A stretch of DNA of 63,098 nucleotides from Candidatus Micrarchaeota archaeon (GTDB lineage: Archaea > Micrarchaeota > Micrarchaeia > Micrarchaeales > CABMGC01). Made by a program: the position numbers and the translations under genes. The notes beneath the pieces are model-generated. The model ran no database searches and had not been told where the DNA came from. It worked only from the letters and a program-made list of their open reading frames with translations. Positions 55,132-63,098 of this stretch are shown piece by piece. The stretch spans positions 1 to 63,098 of the forward strand of contig JAJZLT010000016.1 in assembly GCA_021803245.1 (NCBI GenBank), read 5' to 3'. Positions within the stretch are counted from its first letter, which is position 1. Each line of letters begins with the position of its first letter.

Positions 55132-56271
55132 ATGATAAAGCGAATATAGGAGGTAGAGGCCATATCTGAACAATCATTAGTACGTACCTTCTGCAGGCTG
55201 GCATCAATACCTTCGCCAAGCGGCAGGGAGCTGGATGTAGGCAGGCATATACTATCGCTATTGGAAGCAGACGGAATAAACGCCGGATTCGATGATTCTG
55301 GAAAGAGAACCGGCAGTAATTCAGGAAACCTGATAGCAAGAATAGAAGGAGCGGGAAGGCACATAATGTTCATTGCACATATGGACACGGTGGAGACAGG
55401 CAGTGAAGCAGTTAGACCTATAGTAAGCAATGGAAAGATATACACAGATGGAAGCACTATACTCGGGGCTGACAACAAAAGCGCAATAGCTGCATTGCTG
55501 GAAGCGATGCATGCAATGAAAGGAATGAAGAACATGCCCGGTGTAACCGCGGTTTTCTCAACAGGGGAAGAAGAAGGGGAGATGGGCGCAAAGCATCTTG
55601 ATATAAACGGAATTGACTATGCTTTTGTGATAGAAGGCATAGGAAAGCCAGGAATATTCGTGAATAAAATACTGGGGCATGCCCAATTCGAAGTTGAGAT
55701 TATGGGAAGGGCAACCCATGCAGCCAAAGAACCGGAAAAAGGAAGGAATGCGATTAAAGCGGCAGCTCTGGCAATATCAAAGTTCAGGCTTGGCAGGCGC
55801 AGCAATGGCGACACGCTGAATGTCGGAGCCATATCAGGAGGCACGTTTACCAATGTCGTCCCTGCAAAAGCAGCATTTACCGGAGAAGTAAGGTCCTTTA
55901 ACAGACTAAATATGGAAAACATGCTAAGGCGAACCGAAGCTGTTGTTGCTGAATGCTGCAGAATTACGCATTGCAAATACGCATTTAAGATAAAGAGCAA
56001 TGAAATTGTGGATCCATTCTCAGTAAGCCAGCGCTCCAGAATATTCAGCATCGCCAAGGCAGCAGCAAAAGCAGGAGGCATGCGGTTTGAGGCGGAGAAG
56101 CTTTATGCCACAACCGAAGCAAATGTGCTTGCAAAAAAGGGCGTAGAGACGATATGCATGTTCGGCGGCGGGGCTGCGCCACATTCGGTTTCAGAGAGCT
56201 TGCTTGTAGAGGACATGGTAAGGCTGAAGAGCCTGATAGTAGCTGTAGCGAAAAGTGCAAACAAATATTAG
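55132..56271 (+). pseudogene. M20-family metallopeptidase (PepT/ArgE-like) with an in-frame TAG at codon 6 (55147-55149)
   Basis: The frame reads MIKRI-TAG-EVEAISEQSLVRTFCRLASIPSPSGRELDVGRHILSLLEADGINA... The conserved SPSGxE N-terminal motif lies upstream of the track's TTG start at 55261. Downstream motifs FIAHMDTV and GADNKSAIAA follow. Confidence 0.6.
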
Positions 56272-56304
56272 TTATAATGTTTTATGGTTAAAAAGGTGTT
56301 GATT

Positions 56305-57582
56305 ATGGCTAGAAAAAAAGTTGTATTGGCTTACAGCGGCGGCCTTGACACTTCAGTAATATTGAAGTGGCTTGTTAACAAAGGCTTTGATGTCATCTGC
56401 TTTGTAGGAAACATCGGGCAGCAGGAAGACTTTGAATATGTGCGCAGAAAGGCCCTTAAGACCGGAGCCTCGAAGGTTTTCATTGAAGATTTAAGGGAGG
56501 AGTTTGTAACGGATTTTATTTATCCTGCCATGATGGGAGATGCAATTTATGAGGGGAGATACCTGCTTGGCACGTCGCTTGCAAGGCCGCTGCTGGCCAA
56601 GAAGCAGATGGAGATAGCCCATGAAGAAGGGGCGGAATATGTCGCGCACGGAGCAACGGGAAAAGGAAACGATCAGGTGAGGTTTGAGCTTAGTTACTAT
56701 GCGTTGGATCCTGACATAAAGGTTATCGCGCCGTGGAAGGATCCCGAATTCCTCTCGGAGTTCAACGGAAGGAGCGACATGATCGCTTATGCGAAGAAGT
56801 ATGATATACCGATTAAAGCTACAAAGAGCAAGCCTTACAGCGAAGACGAGAATCTGATGCATATAAGCCACGAGGCAGGCCTTCTGGAAGACCCGCTCTT
56901 CAGGCCTTACGAGAGCATCTTTAACCGGACGGTAGATCCGAGGGAAGCCCAGGACAGCGAGACAGTGCTTGAGATATACTTTAAGAATGGGCTGCCTAGC
57001 AAAGTAGTTAACAAAAAGACCAAAGTAACAAAAACCAGGCCGCTTGAGCTCTTTCTGTACCTGAATGAAATGGGAAGCAAAAACGGCATAGGGAGAGTAG
57101 ACATGGTCGAGAACAGGTATATAGGAATAAAATCAAGGGGAGTATATGAGACGCCGGGAGCCACCATTCTCTGGGAGGCGCACAGGGATCTTGAGGGTAT
57201 AGCAATGGACAAGGAGGTTATGCATCTCAGGGACATGCTGATACCCAAGTTTGCCGAGCTTATATACAACGGCTTCTGGTTCTCTCCGGAAATGGATTTT
57301 CTTATGAGTGCATTCAGCAAGACGCAGGAAGCCATAGATGGCAGGGTTATTGTGCGGCTTTTCAAGGGGTCTGTGAACGCTGTTGCCAGGGAATCTTACA
57401 TAAACTTATACAACCAGAAGCTCTCAAGCATGGATGAAAAAGGCGGATTCGATGCCACTGACTCTAAAGGATTCATAAACATAAACGCGATAAGGCTCAA
57501 GGCTCACAACCGCGCCCTGAAGCAGAAGAATCCTTATGAATGGAGAGGCAAGCTGCTGGGAAGCCTGAGAGGATCCAGATGA
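56305..57582 (+). CDS. argG: Argininosuccinate synthase
   Basis: [27 protein letters not shown] and [23 protein letters not shown]. Confidence 0.95.
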   Translation: MARKKVVLAYSGGLDTSVILKWLVNKGFDVICFVGNIGQQEDFEYVRRKALKTGASKVFIEDLREEFVTDFIYPAMMGDAIYEGRYLLGTSLARPLLAKKQMEIAHEEGAEYVAHGATGKGNDQVRFELSYYALDPDIKVIAPWKDPEFLSEFNGRSDMIAYAKKYDIPIKATKSKPYSEDENLMHISHEAGLLEDPLFRPYESIFNRTVDPREAQDSETVLEIYFKNGLPSKVVNKKTKVTKTRPLELFLYLNEMGSKNGIGRVDMVENRYIGIKSRGVYETPGATILWEAHRDLEGIAMDKEVMHLRDMLIPKFAELIYNGFWFSPEMDFLMSAFSKTQEAIDGRVIVRLFKGSVNAVARESYINLYNQKLSSMDEKGGFDATDSKGFININAIRLKAHNRALKQKNPYEWRGKLLGSLRGSR

Positions 57583-58763
57583 AGCTGTGGGATAAGGGAT
57601 ATAAAATAGACAGGGAGGCAGAAGATTACGCTGTCAGCAACAACTACCTGCTGGATCAGGCGCTTGTAAAGTATGACTGCATTGCATCAAAGGCGCATGC
57701 AGAGATGCTGGGCAGGATAGGAATCCTGAGCAGGGAGGAGGTAAGGGTGCTGGGCCTGGCGCTGGACGAGATAATAGAGCTGGACAGGAAAGGAAAGTTC
57801 ATTATTGAGAAAAGCCAGGAAGACTGCCATACGGCAATAGAGAATTATCTTACCGGAAAGCTTGGTGACACTGGAAAAAAGATACACACGGCAAGATCGA
57901 GAAATGACCAGATACAGGCTGCGCTGAGGCTGTATTACAAGGATGAGCTGCTTAGGTCGAAAAAGATGGTGCTTGGGCTCATAACTGATGTAAAAGGCTT
58001 TGCCAGGAGGAATGGCAAGGTAAAGATTCCGGGTTTTACGCACAGCAGAAAGGCCATGCCCTCTTCCATGGGGATGTGGAGCGGTGCACTTGCAGAGGCT
58101 CTGATGGATGATATCAAGCTGCTCGATGCTGCAACAGATCTGATAGACCAGTCGCCGCTTGGGACCGGGGCAGGATACGGCCTGCCGCTTTATGTGGACA
58201 GGGCATATGTTGCAAAGAGGCTCAAGTTCAGAAAAATCCAGAAAAATCCAATCTATGTTCAGAACAGCAGGGGCAAGTTCGAAGCAACTATTGTGCATGC
58301 GCTTTCGCAGATAATGTTCGACCTCAACAAAACTGCCCAGGATGTCATAACCTTCAGCATGCCCGATTTCGGCTATTTTGTAATACCGGACGAGCTTACG
58401 ACAGGCAGCTCCATAATGCCCCAGAAGAAGAATCCCGACATACTTGAGGATGTGAGGGCAAACTATCATGTCATCAATTCCTATGAGTTCAGGATAAAGG
58501 GAGTCATAGGAAACCTCCTTTCAGGATACAATACGGACTTATGGCTCACAAAGGAGCCGGTGATGAAAAGCTTCGACGTTACTGACAGGAGCCTTTCGGT
58601 GATCGGCCTGCTCTTTAGGAAGCTCGGGGTGGACAGAAAGAAGTGTGCTGCTGCCATGACAGAAGAGCTTTATGCGACTGAAAAAGCTTATAAGATGGTC
58701 AAGGAGGGGAAGCCTTTCAGGGACGCTTACAAGGCGGTTTCAAAGGAGTATAAAAAGCAGTAG
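57579..58763 (+). CDS. argH: Argininosuccinate lyase
   Basis: ATGA overlap with arg[10 protein letters not shown], and [12 protein letters not shown] (fumarate-lyase signature). Confidence 0.9.
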   Translation: MKLWDKGYKIDREAEDYAVSNNYLLDQALVKYDCIASKAHAEMLGRIGILSREEVRVLGLALDEIIELDRKGKFIIEKSQEDCHTAIENYLTGKLGDTGKKIHTARSRNDQIQAALRLYYKDELLRSKKMVLGLITDVKGFARRNGKVKIPGFTHSRKAMPSSMGMWSGALAEALMDDIKLLDAATDLIDQSPLGTGAGYGLPLYVDRAYVAKRLKFRKIQKNPIYVQNSRGKFEATIVHALSQIMFDLNKTAQDVITFSMPDFGYFVIPDELTTGSSIMPQKKNPDILEDVRANYHVINSYEFRIKGVIGNLLSGYNTDLWLTKEPVMKSFDVTDRSLSVIGLLFRKLGVDRKKCAAAMTEELYATEKAYKMVKEGKPFRDAYKAVSKEYKKQ

Positions 58764-58781
58764 CCCCATATTCATTCTGTT

Positions 58782-59237
58782 GTGACACCGATGCAGGTTC
58801 TTGGACATGTTGCAGGTCTAAAGAAGAAGATAGATTCAAAGCTAGAGGAGATACTGAGAAAAAGCACATTCAGGGTTGAAGCTGGGCGTTTCGCCTACGC
58901 GAAGGTCAGGTCAGCTCCTGCCGAAGGCAACCACTTCATGATAGTCAAGGACAATTCCGAGATAACAGTTGTGACTGGGGAGGAAAATCTAAGGTATCTT
59001 GATTTGATAGAGCGAAATAAGGACACGTACGCACTGATAATGCTGAATGCTTACCTTCCTTTTTACTCAACCGGATTCATTGCGGCAGTGAGCGATGCCA
59101 TTGCCAGCACCAACAACAACGTGCTTGTAGTTTCTACATATTCAAGGGATTACATCCTCGTAGACATAAATGCTGTTGATGCTGCCAGGAGTGCGCTTGC
59201 TGCACTCGGCCTTACAGAAGTTGTCAGAAGGGAATAG
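58782..59237 (+). CDS. ACT-like small-molecule-binding domain protein
   Basis: Two-lobed pattern (FAYAKV ... FMIVKDNSEITVV; GFIAAVSDAIASTNNNVLVVSTYSRDYILV) resembles ACT/CASTOR-type domains. Confidence 0.4.
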   Translation: MTPMQVLGHVAGLKKKIDSKLEEILRKSTFRVEAGRFAYAKVRSAPAEGNHFMIVKDNSEITVVTGEENLRYLDLIERNKDTYALIMLNAYLPFYSTGFIAAVSDAIASTNNNVLVVSTYSRDYILVDINAVDAARSALAALGLTEVVRRE

Positions 59238-59281
59238 CGCACAAGTATAAATTTTTCATTGTATACCAAATAAGTGTTCGC

Positions 59282-60376
59282 ATGCAGGAATCAATCTTGT
59301 ATAGCAGGATAAAACGCGTGCTTAGCCTGTGCGACGGCGTGGACAAGATACTGATAGCCAATACAAATGGCATGGACCCCAATTTCCTCTATTTCACAGG
59401 ATTTGCAAGCGGGCTGTTCGAATATAGTTATCTGATACTTGGCAATGAAGGTGCCAAGCTTATAACTTCAAAGCTCGAATATGAGACTGCAAAAGAGCAG
59501 GCTGTTCCGGGGCTGGAGGTCCTGAACTTCGACGAGTATGAACAAGGGCGTAGGTTCGTTGAGGCGGAGCTCTCAGGAAAGACCATAGGAATAAACGGCG
59601 CTTTCCTTCCATATAACTCTTACAACTCAATAGAAGAGCGTTACAGGCCAGGCAGGCTCGTTGATATCTCCAGAAGCCTTGCACAGGCCAGGCTTGTTAA
59701 GGATGATGAGGAGATAGGGAGCATAAGGAAAGCGGTAAACATAACAAAATGGGCAATGGTATTAATACAGAAAGAGCTGAAGGAAGGAGTGACTGAGATA
59801 GAAATTGCTTCAAAATTCGACAGCATTTCAGGGTCTCTTGGATCCAAAGAGCCATCGTTCAGCACTATAGTCTGCTTCGGCAAGAATGCTGCACTTCCGC
59901 ATCACTCTCCTGACAGCACAACGCTTAAATATGGAGATATAGTGCTGATAGATGCAGGGGCCAAGATAAACAACTACTGCTCGGATATAACAAGAACCAT
60001 TATTTTTGGTGACGACAAGGAAAAGATAGACGATTACATCAGGAAGGAAGATATGATAAGAACGGTAAAGGAGGCGCAGCTGGCTGCAATACGGGCTATA
60101 AAGGCAGGCGTAAAGGGCAAAGTAATACATAACATTGCAAGTGAATATATAGATACGGCCAGAGGAGGAGTGTACAAAGGCACATTTATACATTCTCTTG
60201 GCCATTCAGTAGGATTGGAGGTGCATGATGGGCCGGGCTTTTCACCGCTTGCTGAACAGGAAGTGGAAAAGAACATGGTGATTACTGTAGAACCAGGCAT
60301 ATACCTGCCTGGTTTCGGAGGAGCACGCATAGAAGATGATGTGCTTATAACAGAGAATGGAGCCGAAATACTGTGA
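59282..60376 (+). CDS. M24-family Xaa-Pro dipeptidase/aminopeptidase P
   Basis: Pita-bread metal ligands in context: DIVLIDAGAKINNYCSDITRT, HSLGHSVGLEVHD, VITVEPGIY, ARIEDDVLIT. Confidence 0.9.
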   Translation: MQESILYSRIKRVLSLCDGVDKILIANTNGMDPNFLYFTGFASGLFEYSYLILGNEGAKLITSKLEYETAKEQAVPGLEVLNFDEYEQGRRFVEAELSGKTIGINGAFLPYNSYNSIEERYRPGRLVDISRSLAQARLVKDDEEIGSIRKAVNITKWAMVLIQKELKEGVTEIEIASKFDSISGSLGSKEPSFSTIVCFGKNAALPHHSPDSTTLKYGDIVLIDAGAKINNYCSDITRTIIFGDDKEKIDDYIRKEDMIRTVKEAQLAAIRAIKAGVKGKVIHNIASEYIDTARGGVYKGTFIHSLGHSVGLEVHDGPGFSPLAEQEVEKNMVITVEPGIYLPGFGGARIEDDVLITENGAEIL

Positions 60377-60693
60377 CATCCTCCCACCCGTTAACGGCAT
60401 GGGCTTCCCGAACTAAACAACGATGATATTATGAATGAAAAAGTTTATATGCCTTTCAGGCAAAATCATACTATACGCTGGGACACAGCGGAATCCGAAA
60501 GGATAAATTTCGTAGATGGGAACATAAGACGTGGAATCCAACCATGCAAATCCGATGAAGCGAGAACATACCGAACTAAACAACGATATGAAGTCATAGC
60601 CTCCGATGGTATAAGGAGGCATCTTACTTCTCTGCAGTTCGCTTTCATCCCACCGCTAAAGCGTGTGGGATTTCCCGCTCACTTTGTTAAACT
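60377..60693. ncRNA. Hairpin-rich, repeat-containing non-coding region (candidate unclassified structured RNA)
   Basis: Hairpins: CCCACCCG-TTAA-CGGCATGGG, GCCT-TTC-AGGC, CGCTG-GGACA-CAGCG, ATCC-GAAA-GGAT (GNRA loop), GCCTCC-N10-GGAGGC, CCCACCGC-TAAA-GCGTGTGGG. A 17-nt direct repeat CCGAACTAAACAACGAT occurs at 60408 and 60571. Confidence 0.3.
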
Positions 60694-60766
60694 GGGGAGT
60701 TAGGCTAGTCTGGCAGGCTTCCAGATTCGGGTTCTGGAGACTCGTGTTCAAATCACGAACTCCCCG
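60694..60766 (+). tRNA. tRNA-Pro (anticodon CGG)
   Basis: Identical to the tRNA at 34293-34365 outside the anticodon arm. Anticodon stem CCAGA/TCTGG, loop TTCGGGT. Confidence 0.9.
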
Positions 60767-60795
60767 TTTTTATTTGCCTTTTTATTACGAAGCGC

Positions 60796-61605
60796 TTAGA
60801 GCTTTGAGTACTCTGATGGTTTGGCTTTCTTTAATGTCAGCTTGTAAATGTAAGATGTGCAGGCCTGCCACCACGATGCTGAGAAATCAGCAAGTATGAA
60901 AATTATTGGAAGGACGTACCATGCCGAAGGAGTTCCGGCTAACAGGCCTTCGACTATTACAGCAACAGCTAGAGGCAGGGAAACTGCCACATTTACAGAC
61001 ATTACAGAAAGCGATTGCCCGCTTAGAAAGAGCCAGCTTCTGTTCAGCGCCTTGTCTCTTTTGACATTCTTGTCATGAAGAAAGTTCACTGCAATAGAGG
61101 AATCAAGGTTCAATATGTAAAGCATCAGCGTTACAACGAAGACCAGGAGAAAGGCAATAGCGTAAAGCAGGCTTGAGCTCAGGCTTTTTGCCAGCACAAG
61201 AAGTATCAGGAAGAACGCCGGTACCAGCGGCTCAAGATAGATAAGTGAAATCACCATCGAGTCAGTGTAACCTGCTGCGGCTGAACCCGTGACTCTTGAT
61301 TTGGAGGCGGCAGCGAGGGGAGCGGCTATGAATATCTCAAGAACAAAGAATGCCAGAGTGTACAGAATAATGTGCAATAATGATGAAGAGCGCAGCAGAG
61401 CGAATGCATAAAACGCAAAAATAATGCTCCCAGGTATGTTAAGAATAAAGGATGAAGGCTTCGAGGCTGCCAGCTTTATCCCATTCCAGACAGAATCTGC
61501 AGAAGAGATGTTCGGAGCTACTATGCGCGTGCTGTCAAGCTCGCTTACATCCTCGCTGAAGGTATGCTCGGTTATCTTTTTCCTCTCAGCTTCTGTTATT
61601 GGCAT
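60796..61605 (-). CDS. Integral membrane protein (about 6 TM), unknown function
   Basis: Multiple hydrophobic segments in a long ORF. Confidence 0.55.
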   Translation of the reverse strand: MPITEAERKKITEHTFSEDVSELDSTRIVAPNISSADSVWNGIKLAASKPSSFILNIPGSIIFAFYAFALLRSSSLLHIILYTLAFFVLEIFIAAPLAAASKSRVTGSAAAGYTDSMVISLIYLEPLVPAFFLILLVLAKSLSSSLLYAIAFLLVFVVTLMLYILNLDSSIAVNFLHDKNVKRDKALNRSWLFLSGQSLSVMSVNVAVSLPLAVAVIVEGLLAGTPSAWYVLPIIFILADFSASWWQACTSYIYKLTLKKAKPSEYSKL

Positions 61606-61617
61606 TTTATCTTTCTA

Positions 61618-62022
61618 TTATTTGTCAAGCGGCAGAACGATAGTAGGCTTGTTTGATGAAGTACTGCCTGCTTTAGTTCCTACGTACTTTACCGCTGTGC
61701 CTATCGCCGTTACTTCCATCCAGCTGCCCATTGGTATTACGCTTAGCTTGACTTCCACTACACCATCAGCGCCAAGCTTGGCAGCTTCGTCCTTCATCCT
61801 TCCAAGGGCAAGCTCTCTTGCATTGTACATAAGCTCGGTTATCTGGGGAACCTCTCCCTTTGACATGCCTTTCATAGCGCTTCCGAGGCCGCCGACCACC
61901 CCCATGCTGTATACTGAATTTCCCAATACAAGGCCCAGAGGCATCCAGCCTTTATCCATCAGCAGCCAGAAATCCGCTGTACTGAGATCGCTTGTAAACA
62001 CATTGTTGTTTGTAGAAGCCAT
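61618..62022 (-). CDS. YbjQ/UPF0145 (DUF74) family protein
   Basis: GNSVYSMGVVGGLGSAMKGMSKGEVPQITELMYNARELALGRMKDEAAKLGADGVV is typical of the family. Confidence 0.75.
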   Translation of the reverse strand: MASTNNNVFTSDLSTADFWLLMDKGWMPLGLVLGNSVYSMGVVGGLGSAMKGMSKGEVPQITELMYNARELALGRMKDEAAKLGADGVVEVKLSVIPMGSWMEVTAIGTAVKYVGTKAGSTSSNKPTIVLPLDK

Positions 62023-62088
62023 ACTTATACCCAGTTGATATTTGTTATACAGCTTTAAATATATTCCTCATCTATTATCCTTGATAGC

Positions 62089-62661
62089 ATGCCCTCCCTT
62101 TTAAGAGCTGTTTTGGCAGGATTTGGAACACTGCTCTTGATAAGTGGCCTTGTTGCGATCTCCGCGCAGGCATGGCTGGCAGGCTTAATCCTTCTTTTTT
62201 TTGGAGTCGTGCTTTTGTATGTTGGATTCGCACTGTACGTAGCACCTAATTTCAGATCCCTATATACGCGGACATCCAGAGTGCAGATGCAGCAGTACAG
62301 AATGCATAGAGCCGGCAGCTTTTCAGGCTACGGCAATTTTCAAAGCCCGGGAACGCTGAACTCCTATCAAAATCAATTTCAAAATCAGGGTGTTGTGGGA
62401 CAGAGGAGCGGATTCGGCATCGGCGCTTCAGGAATGCAGAATAGAAGAAAGAGTGCGTGGATTATACTTATAATAGGGGTTCTTTTTCTTGTATTTGGCT
62501 ATGCGATTGGAGCATGGATTTCGTTTATTTACGGATTGATACTGACTTATTCTGGCATAAGGCTTTTGGGTAATCCTGGAGCCAGCCTCAACTACAGGCA
62601 GGTCCGAATGAATATGGCCCCGATAGTTCCTGCAGCAAGCCAGGACGATGGGCTGGGTTAA
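62089..62661 (+). CDS. Membrane protein (two TM pairs flanking a Q/N/G-rich loop), unknown function
   Basis: Hydrophobic N- and C-terminal hairpins with a low-complexity middle (NSYQNQFQNQGVVGQRSGFG). Confidence 0.45.
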   Translation: MPSLLRAVLAGFGTLLLISGLVAISAQAWLAGLILLFFGVVLLYVGFALYVAPNFRSLYTRTSRVQMQQYRMHRAGSFSGYGNFQSPGTLNSYQNQFQNQGVVGQRSGFGIGASGMQNRRKSAWIILIIGVLFLVFGYAIGAWISFIYGLILTYSGIRLLGNPGASLNYRQVRMNMAPIVPAASQDDGLG

Positions 62662-62803
62662 TCTGGTAGGATGCGATTAAGCCGCAGGATCATTTACAGT
62701 TTATTCCAGATGCAGCTTTTTGCCATGAAGAACTTCAATTAAGAAGTAATTAAAAAGAAAAGAAAATAATAAATAAAATAATAAGTTTTGAGCTTAAGTA
62801 GAT

Positions 62804-62980
62804 TCAGGCTTCCTTTATGGCTGCTTTTACCTTTGCTGCAAGAGGCGCGTCTATGTTGGTTATGTTATGCGCTTTCCTTGCGTGGTTTGCCACCTTCTTC
62901 ATGAGAGCGTCCTCATTGCTCGCCTGGGCCTCGAATCCGCAGTCCATCCCGATGTCTTTGCATGCAAATTTTTTGGACAT
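62804..62980 (-). CDS. DUF1059 small protein
   Basis: MSKKFACKDIGMDCGFEAQASNEDALMKKVANHARKAHNI. The internal ATG at 62980 is preferred over the track's window-edge start. Confidence 0.7.
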   Translation of the reverse strand: MSKKFACKDIGMDCGFEAQASNEDALMKKVANHARKAHNITNIDAPLAAKVKAAIKEA

Positions 62981-63098
62981 TTTTACACCACTAAGCCCTA
63001 TGGTATTTGGTTTATAAATAGCAATGCCTGCTTGTGGAAGCGTATTTATTGCTTCCGATTTTGCAAAAGCATAAATAAGCAGTATTGTTGGCTTCATT

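Noticed and set aside
55147-55149. Genome-wide TAG reassignment (for example pyrrolysine) as the explanation for the in-frame TAG in the M20 gene.
   Set aside because: TAG terminates several well-conserved genes at the expected length in this same window (rpl40e at 32427, argH at 58761, the regulator at 25752). No Pyl genes are visible here.
60377-60693. RNase P RNA or SRP RNA in the structured spacer.
   Set aside because: On neither strand did I find the universal RNase P motifs (GGAAAGUCC-type CR-I, ACAGAA-type CR-IV/V context) or the SRP helix-8 GGAA/AGCA motif arrangement.
60431-60703. 90-aa ORF in the pepQ/tRNA-Pro spacer, and the antisense ORFs 60413-60622 and 60466-60648.
   Set aside because: The ORF runs 10 nt into the tRNA gene, has no recognisable motif, and coincides with multiple stable hairpins and direct repeats. 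Non-coding RNA or structure is more likely.
1-63098. CRISPR arrays, rRNA genes, transposases/IS elements, integrases.
   Set aside because: Visual scanning found no regularly spaced 25-40-nt repeats, no rRNA-like conserved stretches, and no DDE/tyrosine/serine recombinase-like ORFs. A computational repeat scan would be needed to be certain.

Overview
Archaeal chromosomal window, about 45% G+C by eye. The archaeal assignment rests on Topo VI subunit B, aIF2-gamma, ribosomal proteins S6e and L40e, Spt4, Rpo7/E', Cdc48, NreA and an aDim2-like KH protein. The coding style suggests a small-genome acidophile (DPANN/Micrarchaeota-like or Thermoplasmata-like), but that is only a guess. About two thirds of the window (21.8-63 kb) is housekeeping: translation, transcription, nucleotide and arginine metabolism, and three tRNAs. 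The left third is accessory. Three ankyrin-repeat genes (358-4483, minus strand) are divergently paired with a roughly 17-kb, all-plus-strand, tightly packed locus (4614-21693). That locus encodes a very basic membrane-anchored protein and six paralogous polytopic membrane proteins that share an R-x-F-x-x-T-R-x-x-G-G motif. It also encodes two paralogous 2-TM proteins, a VirB4/HerA/FtsK-superfamily P-loop ATPase, small accessory proteins and a large sequon-rich bitopic surface protein. I see no relaxase, coupling protein, integrase, pilin-assembly ATPase or prepilin peptidase in the window. This locus is my main candidate for an undescribed envelope-spanning translocation or cell-contact system. 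Other notable items: (1) a 1.4-kb islet downstream of tRNA-Pro(UGG), bounded by a 52-bp imperfect direct repeat that copies the tRNA 3' end and carrying an AbiE-like wHTH/nucleotidyltransferase pair; (2) an 11-bp-phased TTCATG array upstream of a wHTH regulator; (3) an M20 peptidase gene with an in-frame TAG at codon 6; (4) a DapF homologue whose first catalytic Cys is Ser; (5) two hairpin-rich intergenic regions that may encode RNAs. I recognised no rRNA, CRISPR array, transposase or integrase. All calls come from reading the sequence and the ORF track; no database search was possible.
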